43,806 bases of DNA, taken from a virus. Lineage: Duplodnaviria; Heunggongvirae; Uroviricota; Caudoviricetes. Location: the IMG/VR virus record IMGVR_UViG_3300032330_001391, positions 117,103 through 160,908 of that record, one strand, 5' to 3'. This document shows positions 1 through 11,325 of the stretch, one piece after another; the first letter of the stretch is position 1, and each line of letters starts with the position of its first letter. The notes under the pieces were generated by a model. The model saw only the letters and a list, made by a program, of their open reading frames with translations. It was not told the DNA's origin and did not search any database. A program made the position numbers and the translations under genes.

Positions 1-340
1 AAAAATGAGAATATTCTTCTGCTTCTCCAAGAGATATAGTGTACTCTTTAGCTATATATTGTAAAAGAGCATCTGACGTACGTTTTTTAGACGATTTAAT
101 ATATTTTAACCAAACGTTTTTTTTAGGTATCATATCACAATATATTCTATATATTTTTTCTTTTTCGTTGTATGGGATTGTTTGTATGTAATTAGTTATA
201 TCAATGTAATCTTTATTCATTGATAGATATCTGTGTATCATATAAACATTAAATGAAGCTCTATCATCTTCACTGAACGAGCTCCATTTACGTTTATTTA
301 CTGTAATTTCTTTAATCCAGTCAAATAATGTCAATGCCAT
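1..340 (-). CDS. Partial CDS running off the left edge; probable clamp-loader small subunit (T4 gp62-like)
   Basis: Not in the ORF track. ATG at 338-340 overlaps the upstream TAA (TAATG) and reads MALTLFDWIKEITVNKRKWSSFSEDDRASFNVYMIHRYLSMNKDY...IPKKNVWLKYIK open to the edge. It sits two genes downstream of the gp44-like ATPase. Confidence 0.55.
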   Translation of the reverse strand, partial: MALTLFDWIKEITVNKRKWSSFSEDDRASFNVYMIHRYLSMNKDYIDITNYIQTIPYNEKEKIYRIYCDMIPKKNVWLKYIKSSKKRTSDALLQYIAKEYTISLGEAEEYSHF

Positions 341-588
341 TAATTGTTTTCTTTGGTTTCAAATTCTTCTCTTAATTCTTTAGGCAGCAACTCAGTTAGA
401 ATATGTCCTGTCTCAACATCATAAAATACTGGGATTGGGATAATAGCGTCTTCTGGGGTACCAGCTACGAATTTAGAAATCTTTTTTAAAATCACACCTT
501 CGGCAAATATACAATTTCCTTCAGGTGAGTATACAGTTTGTGCTGATTTTAAATCAATGTTCAGCTTCATTTTGTTTTGGTTTTCCAT
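340..588 (-). CDS. Hypothetical phage protein (82 aa from MENQNK)
   Basis: Fills the gap after the RFC stop at 590. The track start at 618 overlaps RFC, so the ATG at 588 is preferred. Confidence 0.6.
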   Translation of the reverse strand: MENQNKMKLNIDLKSAQTVYSPEGNCIFAEGVILKKISKFVAGTPEDAIIPIPVFYDVETGHILTELLPKELREEFETKENN

Positions 589-589
589 A

Positions 590-1498
590 TTATATATTTT
601 GTAAAATTTTACTAACACACGCCATAAAACATAATTCTTGATCTATACGTGACATTGAATGGTATTTATATTCTTCAATTATAATAGTAATTATACCACT
701 ATTTTTAGCATATTGATCTATTGTATCATATAAAAATCTGTAAAGATCGGTATAATCGCTTAAATCGGCATCTGCTAACACTTGGCGTATTACATTAAAT
801 GACTTTGAATTTGGTTTTTTAAGTTCATTTAATATATGATCTTTATAATCATCTGATACTATTATAGAATTATCTAATTTAATTTCATTATTAATAGTAT
901 ATTTTTGACAAGCATTAATAATGCGTCTAAAGTCAGGATAGAATTTTTTAATTATATTTACAATATCTTCTATTGTATGTTTAATATCTTCTTTATTTAG
1001 GATATTATCTATATGTTGCGCTATAATTTTTTTAGAAGGCGGTTCTAAATCAAATTCTTGACACCTGCTACGAAGTGGTTCAATTAAACGTTCTGGGTAG
1101 TTACCGGTCAGTATGAAACGAGTATTAATACTATATGTTTCCATCATGTTAAGTAACATTACTTGTGACGCTTGAAGTATATGAGTTGCTTCGTCTAATA
1201 TTACTATTTTAAGTGGTTTGAATGATCCTGCAGATGCAAACGAACCAACTTTATCTCTCATAACATCTATACTTCGTTCATCAACAGCATTAAGAAATAA
1301 ATAATCGCAATTAATATTCTTAGCTAATATTTTTGCAAGTGTTGTTTTTCCTGATCCAGGTCGTCCTGCTAGAAGGATATGAGGTATATCTTGGTTATCT
1401 ATAAACTCTTGAAATTTAGCTCTATTTTCATTTGAGCAAACATATCCTTCTAGAGTATCAGGACGATACTTTTCATTTAATATTGTGTGTTGTTTCAT
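590..1498 (-). CDS. Clamp loader AAA+ ATPase (RFC small subunit / T4 gp44-like)
   Basis: EKYRP N-terminal motif, Walker A GRPGSGKTT, Walker B ILDEA, SRC motif (LRSRC). Confidence 0.93.
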   Translation of the reverse strand: MKQHTILNEKYRPDTLEGYVCSNENRAKFQEFIDNQDIPHILLAGRPGSGKTTLAKILAKNINCDYLFLNAVDERSIDVMRDKVGSFASAGSFKPLKIVILDEATHILQASQVMLLNMMETYSINTRFILTGNYPERLIEPLRSRCQEFDLEPPSKKIIAQHIDNILNKEDIKHTIEDIVNIIKKFYPDFRRIINACQKYTINNEIKLDNSIIVSDDYKDHILNELKKPNSKSFNVIRQVLADADLSDYTDLYRFLYDTIDQYAKNSGIITIIIEEYKYHSMSRIDQELCFMACVSKILQNI

Positions 1499-1518
1499 AA
1501 CTTATTTTTATTCTAAAT

Positions 1519-3436
<1,918 letters not shown>

Positions 3437-3467
3437 TTTAATAACTTGTTTTGTATAAATATATTGT

Positions 3468-4214
3468 TTATAATTCTTTTGCAACTAAATAATAAGTACT
3501 TATTAAGGTTTTTCCTTCAGTATTAAATTCTAATTTCATAATACCATCTAAACTAATAGACATAGCTCCAAAGAACATATCTTTATTAGCTGACATTATT
3601 TCTCTAATCATATCTGAATTGTATTGTACTTTAAAATCTTCTGGTATGTTTGTTGTTTTTACGTCTGATAGGAAGAATGAAACTTTATTAGCGTGTTCTA
3701 CATTACCTCCAAATTCCATTTCAAGAATATATTCTCCATCTTCATTACGTGATGGTTTAATAACTACAGTCTCACTTTCTGCAACCGCTGTTTTAGCTTT
3801 AACTATTAAATTTATACTTTCATTATCAAGTAATGCTTTAATATTAAAATTAATATCACCTATAATATCACCAGACTTAGGTATAATCATTAAATCAGCT
3901 AATGAATAATTTACTGTAAAGCTGTTATCAGATATAATAAGTTTATATGGAGTAGTTTTATGTTTAGTATAACTTAAATCTAATTGACCATTAGTAATAT
4001 TAATTAGTTTATTAAGTTGAGTTGTATTACTAATTCCTACTTTAGAATCTTCTAATGGAAAATCAAGTAATGTAACATTACCAAGCATTTCTTTAGATGG
4101 AGATGTAAATTTAACGTTTAATATATTGTCTTTAACCTCCCATATAACAGCTTCATTCACACCATTTAAATAGTATTTAGATATAGCAGAGGTAAAATAT
4201 TGTTTTTGTATCAT
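3468..4214 (-). CDS. Sliding clamp (T4 gp45/PCNA-like), 248 aa from MIQKQY
   Basis: Size and alternating alpha/beta pattern fit a clamp. It lies between PolB and the clamp loader. The track's upstream start runs through a promoter site. Confidence 0.7.
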   Translation of the reverse strand: MIQKQYFTSAISKYYLNGVNEAVIWEVKDNILNVKFTSPSKEMLGNVTLLDFPLEDSKVGISNTTQLNKLINITNGQLDLSYTKHKTTPYKLIISDNSFTVNYSLADLMIIPKSGDIIGDINFNIKALLDNESINLIVKAKTAVAESETVVIKPSRNEDGEYILEMEFGGNVEHANKVSFFLSDVKTTNIPEDFKVQYNSDMIREIMSANKDMFFGAMSISLDGIMKLEFNTEGKTLISTYYLVAKEL

Positions 4215-4220
4215 AATATG

Positions 4221-4252
4221 TAAATATAAGTAAGAAATTTTAGGTAACCAAA
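4221..4252 (-). promoter_or_regulatory. Bacteroidota-type sigma promoter upstream of the sliding clamp
   Basis: Minus strand TTTG-N20-TATATTTA. Confidence 0.75.
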
Positions 4253-4257
4253 CTTTT

Positions 4258-7005
4258 TTAATCAAATTTAAAGAATCTATTTATGTTTTCATTAAACACT
4301 ACTACACCCCATCCTAAATCTTCATATAAATTTTCAAGTTTATTACGTATAACTGAGTCAAACATTTGACTTTTGTCAATATATTTTTCTACAAATTCTA
4401 AAATGTCCGGGGAATCATTGTAATTGTTTAGTCCTAAAACATCTATATGGTATGGATTTTCTTTTAAATAAGCAATATACATTTTATCTCCTATCTGAAA
4501 TGTATCATGATTTTTTGTTTGTTTTTTAAATCGAATTAAATCATTTGTGTATATAGCTGCTTTAGTATTAACAGGACACTTTAGTGCTAATTTAGAAAAT
4601 ATTTCTCCAGCTGATGGTTTTTGAGCTATATATTCATCTAATTTTTTTAGACCTGTTGGTTTAAGTAATTTTTTCCAATCTATTGTATTAAGTGATTTTC
4701 TAAAATCAAGTATGTACTTATCAATATCAGATTTAGGAGTATCAAATAATATTTTCTTAATTAATTCTTCACCAAATTCTCTAAATAGTGGAGGGAAATT
4801 AGATTTCATAATGTCTAAACCTTTCATATCTAAAGCGTCTTTATGATCTGGAGGAATTGGAACACCTTCTTTATTTACAATCCACATAGCGTATCTCCGT
4901 TTACCTGACCAATATGCTTTCTTTACGATTACTTCTTGTTTTAATTCAAAGTAGTGTTTACGTTGGATATTGAATACTTTTTTAGATATACTATCTAAAT
5001 TATGATTGGCCTCAGTTATAAGTTCTTGAGACAATTCAATTAATTTAGCAATTTTTTCTTCTTCATCCACAATGCTTGGATACTTTAAATTAAGTAAATC
5101 TTTTAACTCAACATAGGCAGAATCAGTATCTGATGCTATTACAAATTCTTTTCTACCATTATTTACAGCGTTTTCTAATTTAGAATTTATAAATATAATA
5201 CTTTCTTTAGTTAAACGTTGGCCTGAGTTAGTGATAGATGCTGAGCATATTTTATGTCCGTCAGTATATCTCCAACCATTAATAGCGTAAGTACCATACA
5301 ATGCGTTCTGTAAGATTTTAAAAGCAAGTTGATACAGGTCATATAATTTATAGTTTTCCCAATCTTCTTGTTTACCAGCCTTTTTCTTAAGTTCACGATA
5401 ATGTTCCCTTTGTTTAAACCAATCTTCTAATACTTCACATGAAATACTTTTAATATCATTTCTATAAAACGCACCGCTTGCTGATATAGACCAATTATTC
5501 TCTTCTATAAGTGATATTAAATCTTGAACTTTAATTTGGCCTTTTCTTAAATTATATGTTTTATGATTTAATTTTTCAATATCTAAAATAGTATCTAAAG
5601 GTAATTGTTTAAGTTGTTCTAATGAATTGTATTGCTCGTAATTATTTTTAGTTACTATTCGCCCAACTAATGTTTCTACACCTAAATTAAGAGACTTAAT
5701 AATACTTGGGTATAGACTAGTAAAGTCAGCATCACTAACATATGAATATAAACCAGGATTTGGTTCTAAAAGATAACCACCAGCGTATGAATCTTTTTTC
5801 CTTACCGTTTTTAAACTACGTTCTTTAAGTGTATTAGATTTAGTTCTAATCTGGCATTTGCCCGTTTTATCATCTATAAAAGTAATTGTACCTTCAACAG
5901 TTGGTGTACCTCGTTGATGTTGTACTTCATCACCTATATTAAGTTCTTTAATAGACTTATTAGTGGTAGTTGGTTTGTTAGGTGATATTATACCTTTACG
6001 TTTAAGATAAGTTAATATCGCACCTTCATTTAATACTGTATTATAATATATTGAATCATAAGGTACATGACATAAATGACATATTAAGACTGTTAATTTA
6101 ATAAATTGTAGTTTATTCTCTAACGCCTCAATAATCTCAACGTCACGTAAGTTATACTCAATAAATTTATCTGGGTCGTCTTTAAATAATTTATCTAATG
6201 AACCATTGTATTCTATTTTACCTAGTTTGGCATATTTTAATCCTATATCTCCTAATTTATAAGATGATTCTTCTTTCATGATGTATTTTTTAACTAACAT
6301 CATGTAATCTAAACTATTAACACCTCCTAAAGTAATAGGAGATTGAGGTGTATATGGACTGTCATTTATCTTTTTAATTGGAGATAAATACAGTACCATA
6401 TCATCACCTAGCATTTTTTTAATCCTAAAATACAAATATGGGATATCAAAGAAATCACTATTGTATCCTACTATAATTGTTGGATCTAATTGAATCCATA
6501 AATCTAAGAATTTACTAAGTAAATCCTGTTCAGTAAGACATGGTATAATTTCTTTATTATCTTTATTTACACATTCTATATTTTGTTTATCATCTAATAT
6601 TAAACAGTATTTTTTACCTGTTGTAACATCAATTAAAGCTATAGATGTGATTTTAGCATTAGCATCTCTAATAGATTGAGAAGTAAGTGTACCTAAAATT
6701 TCAATTTCAATATCAAGATAAATAATATTATGGAATGTAGGAGCAGAATCATCTTTATAATATAGATCCCTTAATATAGCTAATTCTTTTTGGATGTCCT
6801 TTTCTAGGATAGTAGAATCATTCCAATCAAATTTGCCTCTAATAGGTGAACAACTATCACCAAATAATGTTTGATATTCACCATCAAGATCTAATTTATA
6901 GACAGTAGGATAGTATTTAAAGGATGACCATCCTTTTTTGTCATCCCTTAAATAACATGTTCCTTTATCCTCACCACTATAAGAATAGTAAATACTTTGA
7001 TACAT
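4258..7005 (-). CDS. Family B DNA polymerase with 3'-5' exonuclease
   Basis: ExoI YLDIE, ExoII GYNSDFFD, ExoIII YNLRDV; motif A DFTSLYPSII, motif B KILQNALYG, motif C SDTDS, KKRYA-like KRRYA. Confidence 0.97.
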   Translation of the reverse strand: MYQSIYYSYSGEDKGTCYLRDDKKGWSSFKYYPTVYKLDLDGEYQTLFGDSCSPIRGKFDWNDSTILEKDIQKELAILRDLYYKDDSAPTFHNIIYLDIEIEILGTLTSQSIRDANAKITSIALIDVTTGKKYCLILDDKQNIECVNKDNKEIIPCLTEQDLLSKFLDLWIQLDPTIIVGYNSDFFDIPYLYFRIKKMLGDDMVLYLSPIKKINDSPYTPQSPITLGGVNSLDYMMLVKKYIMKEESSYKLGDIGLKYAKLGKIEYNGSLDKLFKDDPDKFIEYNLRDVEIIEALENKLQFIKLTVLICHLCHVPYDSIYYNTVLNEGAILTYLKRKGIISPNKPTTTNKSIKELNIGDEVQHQRGTPTVEGTITFIDDKTGKCQIRTKSNTLKERSLKTVRKKDSYAGGYLLEPNPGLYSYVSDADFTSLYPSIIKSLNLGVETLVGRIVTKNNYEQYNSLEQLKQLPLDTILDIEKLNHKTYNLRKGQIKVQDLISLIEENNWSISASGAFYRNDIKSISCEVLEDWFKQREHYRELKKKAGKQEDWENYKLYDLYQLAFKILQNALYGTYAINGWRYTDGHKICSASITNSGQRLTKESIIFINSKLENAVNNGRKEFVIASDTDSAYVELKDLLNLKYPSIVDEEEKIAKLIELSQELITEANHNLDSISKKVFNIQRKHYFELKQEVIVKKAYWSGKRRYAMWIVNKEGVPIPPDHKDALDMKGLDIMKSNFPPLFREFGEELIKKILFDTPKSDIDKYILDFRKSLNTIDWKKLLKPTGLKKLDEYIAQKPSAGEIFSKLALKCPVNTKAAIYTNDLIRFKKQTKNHDTFQIGDKMYIAYLKENPYHIDVLGLNNYNDSPDILEFVEKYIDKSQMFDSVIRNKLENLYEDLGWGVVVFNENINRFFKFD

Positions 7006-7022
7006 AACCTTTAATAATATAT

Positions 7023-7475
7023 TTATTTTCCACTTGAACCAAATCCATTATCACCACGGAGTTGACTTTGTTTTAGTTCTTCAAATTCAGTATCGTTTAA
7101 TTCAACGATCTTGTATTTAGGTTTTTTAATAACAGCGATTTGAGCATAACGTTCACCTTCTTCAATTGTGACGTCTAATTTGCCTACGTTGTAAATTTTA
7201 ATACCTAAATCACCTGTGTAACCAGCATCTACTGTTCCATAATGAGGGATTAAATTATATTTAAATCCTTTACTACTACGTAGTTGAATTTGCATCCAAT
7301 AACGTTGACTATCATGGATTGTAAGATTTAATCCATTAGGTACTATAGCTGATCCTCCTGCTGGAATCACAGTTGTTTTAGTGCATGTAATATCAAAGCA
7401 TGCTGATGTTGAGTTATACTCGACCTTTGGTATAACGGCTTTAGGGTCTGTTTTGTGTGCGTAAATTGTAACCAT
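7023..7475 (-). CDS. dut: Trimeric dUTPase
   Basis: ACFD, LRSS, GTVDAGYTGD, AQ and RGDNGFGSSG motifs. Confidence 0.93.
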   Translation of the reverse strand: MVTIYAHKTDPKAVIPKVEYNSTSACFDITCTKTTVIPAGGSAIVPNGLNLTIHDSQRYWMQIQLRSSKGFKYNLIPHYGTVDAGYTGDLGIKIYNVGKLDVTIEEGERYAQIAVIKKPKYKIVELNDTEFEELKQSQLRGDNGFGSSGK

Positions 7476-7485
7476 TTTATCTATT

Positions 7486-7656
7486 TTAAAGTTCTTCTAA
7501 TATTCCTAATATTTCAGCTAGGATTAATAATATACCTGCTGATTGCATATATAATCCTCTACCGAGGAATAAAGATATGCCTGCTCCTATTCGTATTACT
7601 GATTTAAGGATACTAATCCTAAAATGCCAATTTGTTTTACTTTCTTTTTCCTGCAT
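7486..7656 (-). CDS. Small membrane protein (56 aa)
   Basis: Not in the ORF track. Reads MQEKESKTNWHFRISILKSVIRIGAGISLFLGRGLYMQSAGILLILAEILGILEEL*, fills the folE-dut gap exactly and has two hydrophobic segments. Confidence 0.7.
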   Translation of the reverse strand: MQEKESKTNWHFRISILKSVIRIGAGISLFLGRGLYMQSAGILLILAEILGILEEL

Positions 7657-7657
7657 A

Positions 7658-8293
7658 TTAATTCATTTTAGTACCATTAATTTCAATTGCGTGGAGGAAT
7701 TCTTCACGGATTAAATTGTCTTTCTCCATAAACACACCTGAAAACTTATTAGTTGTCATTACAGATGGATGTTTAATACCACGATGACTGCAACAAGTAT
7801 GCTTACATGCTATACTCACAGCTACTGATTCACATTTCATTTTATCAGCAATGTAATCATGAATTTGTTGAGTAAGTGATTCTTGCATTTGTGGGCGACG
7901 AGCGAACCATTCTACAATACGATTAAGTTTACTTAATCCAATTACATTTTCACCAGGCACATATGCTACAGTAGCATAACCAGTAAATGCTAAATTATGA
8001 TGAGCACACATACTAACAATAGGAATACCAGATTGAATAACTAATCCACTGTATCCTTCATCATTTGGGAATACTGTGATGTTAGGTTCATTTGTAACTG
8101 ATCCTACAATTAGATCTTTTAACCAAGCCTTAGCTACACGTCGAGGTGTATCTTCTGTCTGGCGATCTGCTTCATAATCGAATCCTACTGCTTGTAGGAA
8201 TTTGCCGTAATAATAAGCGGCGTGGTCTATCATCTCATTTATCTCAATTTCTGTACGAGGAAGATTACCATTTGATTTTTTTAATAAATCCAT
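7658..8293 (-). CDS. folE: GTP cyclohydrolase I
   Basis: TPRRVAK, SMCAHH, GLSKLNR, RRPQMQE, HTCCSHRG. Confidence 0.96.
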   Translation of the reverse strand: MDLLKKSNGNLPRTEIEINEMIDHAAYYYGKFLQAVGFDYEADRQTEDTPRRVAKAWLKDLIVGSVTNEPNITVFPNDEGYSGLVIQSGIPIVSMCAHHNLAFTGYATVAYVPGENVIGLSKLNRIVEWFARRPQMQESLTQQIHDYIADKMKCESVAVSIACKHTCCSHRGIKHPSVMTTNKFSGVFMEKDNLIREEFLHAIEINGTKMN

Positions 8294-8310
8294 TTTTTAT
8301 AACATTTTTT

Positions 8311-8342
8311 ATAATATACTATCTTTTCTTTTTATAACCAAA
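8311..8342 (-). promoter_or_regulatory. Bacteroidota-type promoter upstream of folE
   Basis: TTTG-N20-TATATTAT. Confidence 0.65.
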
Positions 8343-8343
8343 C

Positions 8344-8634
8344 TTATTGCAATAACTTTTTTATTTGTCTAGCTCCTGAGTATTCTTTATATCCTGTCTC
8401 GGATATAACTACTAATGAAGGTATATAATCTACTTCAAATAGTTCTTCTAAATCTCTAGTATTTTCATCATCAGATTCTAAACTATAAAATTTATAACCA
8501 GGATGGTTAATTCTTATTTGTTCTATAACAGGACGCATCTCGGCACATGCGCCGCACCAAGATGCGTTGAAAAATAAAAGTGACTTTTCTTTACGTTGAA
8601 TAGATTCTTTGAGTAGTTGTTTATTCATACCCAT
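8344..8634 (-). CDS. Thioredoxin-like protein
   Basis: FFNASWCGAC active site and YIPSL cis-Pro loop. Confidence 0.85.
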   Translation of the reverse strand: MGMNKQLLKESIQRKEKSLLFFNASWCGACAEMRPVIEQIRINHPGYKFYSLESDDENTRDLEELFEVDYIPSLVVISETGYKEYSGARQIKKLLQ

Positions 8635-8641
8635 AAATATA

Positions 8642-9004
8642 CTAAAAAACTAATGAAGTGATATTTTTAATTACTAAATCTTCAGCTTTGTATTTAATCA
8701 GATCTTTATCTCGAGCTACCTCAAAATCCACTGATACACCTGCTTTAGTTTGTACCCACATTTCTTTTAGAAACTCGGTATTGATTACTTGATTCTCTTC
8801 ATTGCGTGTTACTTTAAACACTGCCACTTTTGTTTGTTGTACTTTGTTCATGTTATTTGAATTTAATGTTAATGTTGTTCCAGTTGAAGTTAACGTTAAT
8901 CCACCTGTATACGGTGTTGTAAGCCAGTTTGGATCAGCTGTAAGCCAGCCTGGATTAGTGGTTGTGTTGTCTACATAACCAGTTGTTGTACTTGTTGTTA
9001 TCAT
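8642..9004 (-). CDS. Hypothetical protein with Thr-rich N-terminus
   Basis: Fills the gap between queE and the thioredoxin. An alternative start exists at 8851 (MNKVQQ). Confidence 0.55.
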   Translation of the reverse strand: MITTSTTTGYVDNTTTNPGWLTADPNWLTTPYTGGLTLTSTGTTLTLNSNNMNKVQQTKVAVFKVTRNEENQVINTEFLKEMWVQTKAGVSVDFEVARDKDLIKYKAEDLVIKNITSLVF

Positions 9005-9007
9005 AAT

Positions 9008-9844
9008 TTATACGTTTAATGTTTTATTCCAGGCCGCGATATGTAATCGTGTAAGGCCTCTAAATTTATATTTCTTAGCCATTTCTAAACAGAATTGAGT
9101 ACGCTCTTCAAAGTTAGCAGCATCATCTAATCCTGGCATACAAACCACTTTGGAAAGCGGTATACTAAATGGTACGACAAAGTCACGGAAAAGTTCTTCA
9201 ACATCTTCTTCATTGGATATAACAAATTTAAATTGGTAATTAGAATGTTCCATAATACGCTTAATAGCGTCTGGTACTATACGTTGTTTTTCAGTCATAC
9301 CTGAGTTAGATAGCTTAGGTGAGCAGTTGATTTGATTAATATACTTAAATAATCCATCCTCAATATAAACAGTACCGTTAGTTTCTATTTCATGAAATGA
9401 TTTTCCAATATCAATTCCATCCTGATGGAACCAATAATTTATAAAGTTAACAATTGCATCTTGATGTCCTTTAATTGTAGGTTCACCACCTGTCCAAATG
9501 ATATGAATAGTACCGTTCTTAATATCTTCGTAGATGCCTTGTTCTTTCCATCTATCAATTAGATACTGGAACTCCTTATCTTCACCTCTCCATAACCACT
9601 GACTCGTACTATCACAAGTCCAAGTTGCTTTACCTTCGGCATGTAAGTCACCTACAAAGATTTCTCCATCTTCTAATGTTTTGTCTTTTGCTAACTGATT
9701 AGTAAACTTGCGAGACATTCCGCAAGTTAAGTTACAAATACCTAAACGAACAAAGTATGATGGTACTCCTGATGAAATACCTTCTCCTTGAACTGAATAG
9801 AAATCTGAACTTATCAGTAGTTTATTTGGGTCTATTTTACTCAT
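9008..9844 (-). CDS. queE: 7-carboxy-7-deazaguanine synthase (radical SAM)
   Basis: FYSVQGEG, FVRLGICNLTC...CDS, WTGGEP, IETNGT, CSPKL, RLH; located in a folE/queD/queC cluster. Confidence 0.93.
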   Translation of the reverse strand: MSKIDPNKLLISSDFYSVQGEGISSGVPSYFVRLGICNLTCGMSRKFTNQLAKDKTLEDGEIFVGDLHAEGKATWTCDSTSQWLWRGEDKEFQYLIDRWKEQGIYEDIKNGTIHIIWTGGEPTIKGHQDAIVNFINYWFHQDGIDIGKSFHEIETNGTVYIEDGLFKYINQINCSPKLSNSGMTEKQRIVPDAIKRIMEHSNYQFKFVISNEEDVEELFRDFVVPFSIPLSKVVCMPGLDDAANFEERTQFCLEMAKKYKFRGLTRLHIAAWNKTLNV

Positions 9845-9845
9845 A

Positions 9846-10109
9846 TTAATGTATTAAAGTTGAAATATAAATTCCTAAATACGAACCGGCAACACTACCT
9901 GTTACATAACCTACCCATTGATGTAACGCGTCTTCACTTTTAGCGATTTTTCTAATTACAAAAAAGTTAAGTGATGCTACAAGAAAATCACTGATTGCTG
10001 CTATATTATATTGTGCTTGAGCTACTGCTCTAAAATTAACACATAAAATACCATACAATACTATTTGTATTGCAAATAAAGTAAGTGCTTCTTTAAGTTT
10101 TTGATTCAT
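9846..10109 (-). CDS. Small integral membrane protein (87 aa from MNQKLK, about 3 TM segments)
   Basis: Hydrophobic stretches and a GxxxG-rich C-terminal helix. The start was moved to avoid overlap with 10111..10338. Confidence 0.65.
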   Translation of the reverse strand: MNQKLKEALTLFAIQIVLYGILCVNFRAVAQAQYNIAAISDFLVASLNFFVIRKIAKSEDALHQWVGYVTGSVAGSYLGIYISTLIH

Positions 10110-10110
10110 G

Positions 10111-10338
10111 TTATTGGCGTTGTTTTGCTTTAAGTTTAGCAGATCTAATTGCTTTTTCTGATTTAGTTTTTTCACCTTTTTGTTCAGCTACTGTTACTGT
10201 TTCAGGTTTAGGTAAATTTCGTGTTGTTTTTTTCCAATCGATTTTTGAAGCATATTTGGCTCGGCCCATTCTAACTTCATGTTCAGCCACTTCATTACTT
10301 ACTCGTTCGTAAGTTCCATTTTTGAGAATTGTTTTCAT
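10111..10338 (-). CDS. Small basic hypothetical protein
   Basis: Tightly packed ORF, Lys/Arg-rich. Confidence 0.55.
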   Translation of the reverse strand: MKTILKNGTYERVSNEVAEHEVRMGRAKYASKIDWKKTTRNLPKPETVTVAEQKGEKTKSEKAIRSAKLKAKQRQ

Positions 10339-10342
10339 TTGT

Positions 10343-10573
10343 TTATTTTATAATGTTATTGTAATTTTCCCAGGTAATATTATTTTCATCATCTCGAAAC
10401 GCTAACATAACATTGTTATGTTCATCTTTAGCAATTGCTACAAATCCATATCCTTCACATATTAGTGGAAGATAATGATTCGGTTTAAGATTGTTTGCTT
10501 CTTCTAAAATGTCAAAATCACCGGGCATGTCAGGGTCATTAGCCTCACACCATTGTTTTGAAAAATCTGCCAT
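10343..10573 (-). CDS. Small acidic hypothetical protein
   Basis: Tightly packed ORF in the operon. Confidence 0.6.
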   Translation of the reverse strand: MADFSKQWCEANDPDMPGDFDILEEANNLKPNHYLPLICEGYGFVAIAKDEHNNVMLAFRDDENNITWENYNNIIK

Positions 10574-10584
10574 ATATTTTATTT

Positions 10585-11076
10585 TTAATTTTCTTCGTAA
10601 ATTGCACTATTTTTACCATGTTCAAAGCATTCAACTTTGATTACTTTACACCTAGCGGCATCAGTTTTAGATAAAACTTCATTAAATTTATCATAAACCA
10701 ACTTAGCTAAAGATTCACATCCCATTTTATCCATCACCCGTAACGAACATAAGCCTTCCATAGCTGCTGATTGGAAAAAGTCTAGATATGGATCATCTTT
10801 TTCAATTAGTAAAGTATGATCAAACATATAATCCATCCATGCTTTAAGACCGTTACCACGAGGTGGTTCTTTAAATCCACCAAAATCAACAATCCAATTC
10901 ATATCATCTAATTGATTCTCTTCTAGTGGTTCATTAGATGCAAACCATACTTTAAAATAAATTCCATAACCATGTAATAACTGGCAATGTGAATGCTGTG
11001 CCCGCCATTGTCTAATAGCTACAGAATAATTATCGAATGTTTTTGTTGAAACGTATCTTCCCATAATCTTATCCAT
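10585..11076 (-). CDS. queD: 6-carboxy-5,6,7,8-tetrahydropterin synthase (QueD/PTPS family variant)
   Basis: HSHCQLLHGY, WIVDFGGFK, FDHTLL, CESLAK, T-fold size, and position in the que cluster. Confidence 0.9.
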   Translation of the reverse strand: MDKIMGRYVSTKTFDNYSVAIRQWRAQHSHCQLLHGYGIYFKVWFASNEPLEENQLDDMNWIVDFGGFKEPPRGNGLKAWMDYMFDHTLLIEKDDPYLDFFQSAAMEGLCSLRVMDKMGCESLAKLVYDKFNEVLSKTDAARCKVIKVECFEHGKNSAIYEEN

Positions 11077-11314
11077 TTGCCCATTTTAAAACATCATTAT
11101 AAGACATTACTCCAGTATGGCGTTTTACAGGTTGATCATTTTCAACTAATATAATAGTTGGAATGCTTGTTACACCATACGTTCCAGGTACATCTGGTTC
11201 GTAGTCTATATTAACTTTTTTTACTGGAATAGTTTTATTCACCTGATCCATTGTAGGACCGAACGCTAAGCATGGCTGACACCACGGAGCGGAAAAGTAC
11301 CAAATTGTTTTCAT
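11069..11314 (-). CDS. Thioredoxin
   Basis: YFSAPWCQPC, KVNID, GVTSIPT. Confidence 0.92.
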   Translation of the reverse strand: MKTIWYFSAPWCQPCLAFGPTMDQVNKTIPVKKVNIDYEPDVPGTYGVTSIPTIILVENDQPVKRHTGVMSYNDVLKWANG

Positions 11315-11325
11315 ATATATTATTT

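Noticed and set aside
5211-5396. Minus-strand 61-aa ORF nested in PolB
   Set aside because: It is out of frame inside a well-supported gene, has no motif and no start context.
8900-9004. Short duplicated TGTAAGCCAG / WLT unit and Thr-rich run in the 120-aa ORF
   Set aside because: Only two copies in a low-complexity N-terminus, which is insufficient for an array. The true start may even lie downstream at 8851.
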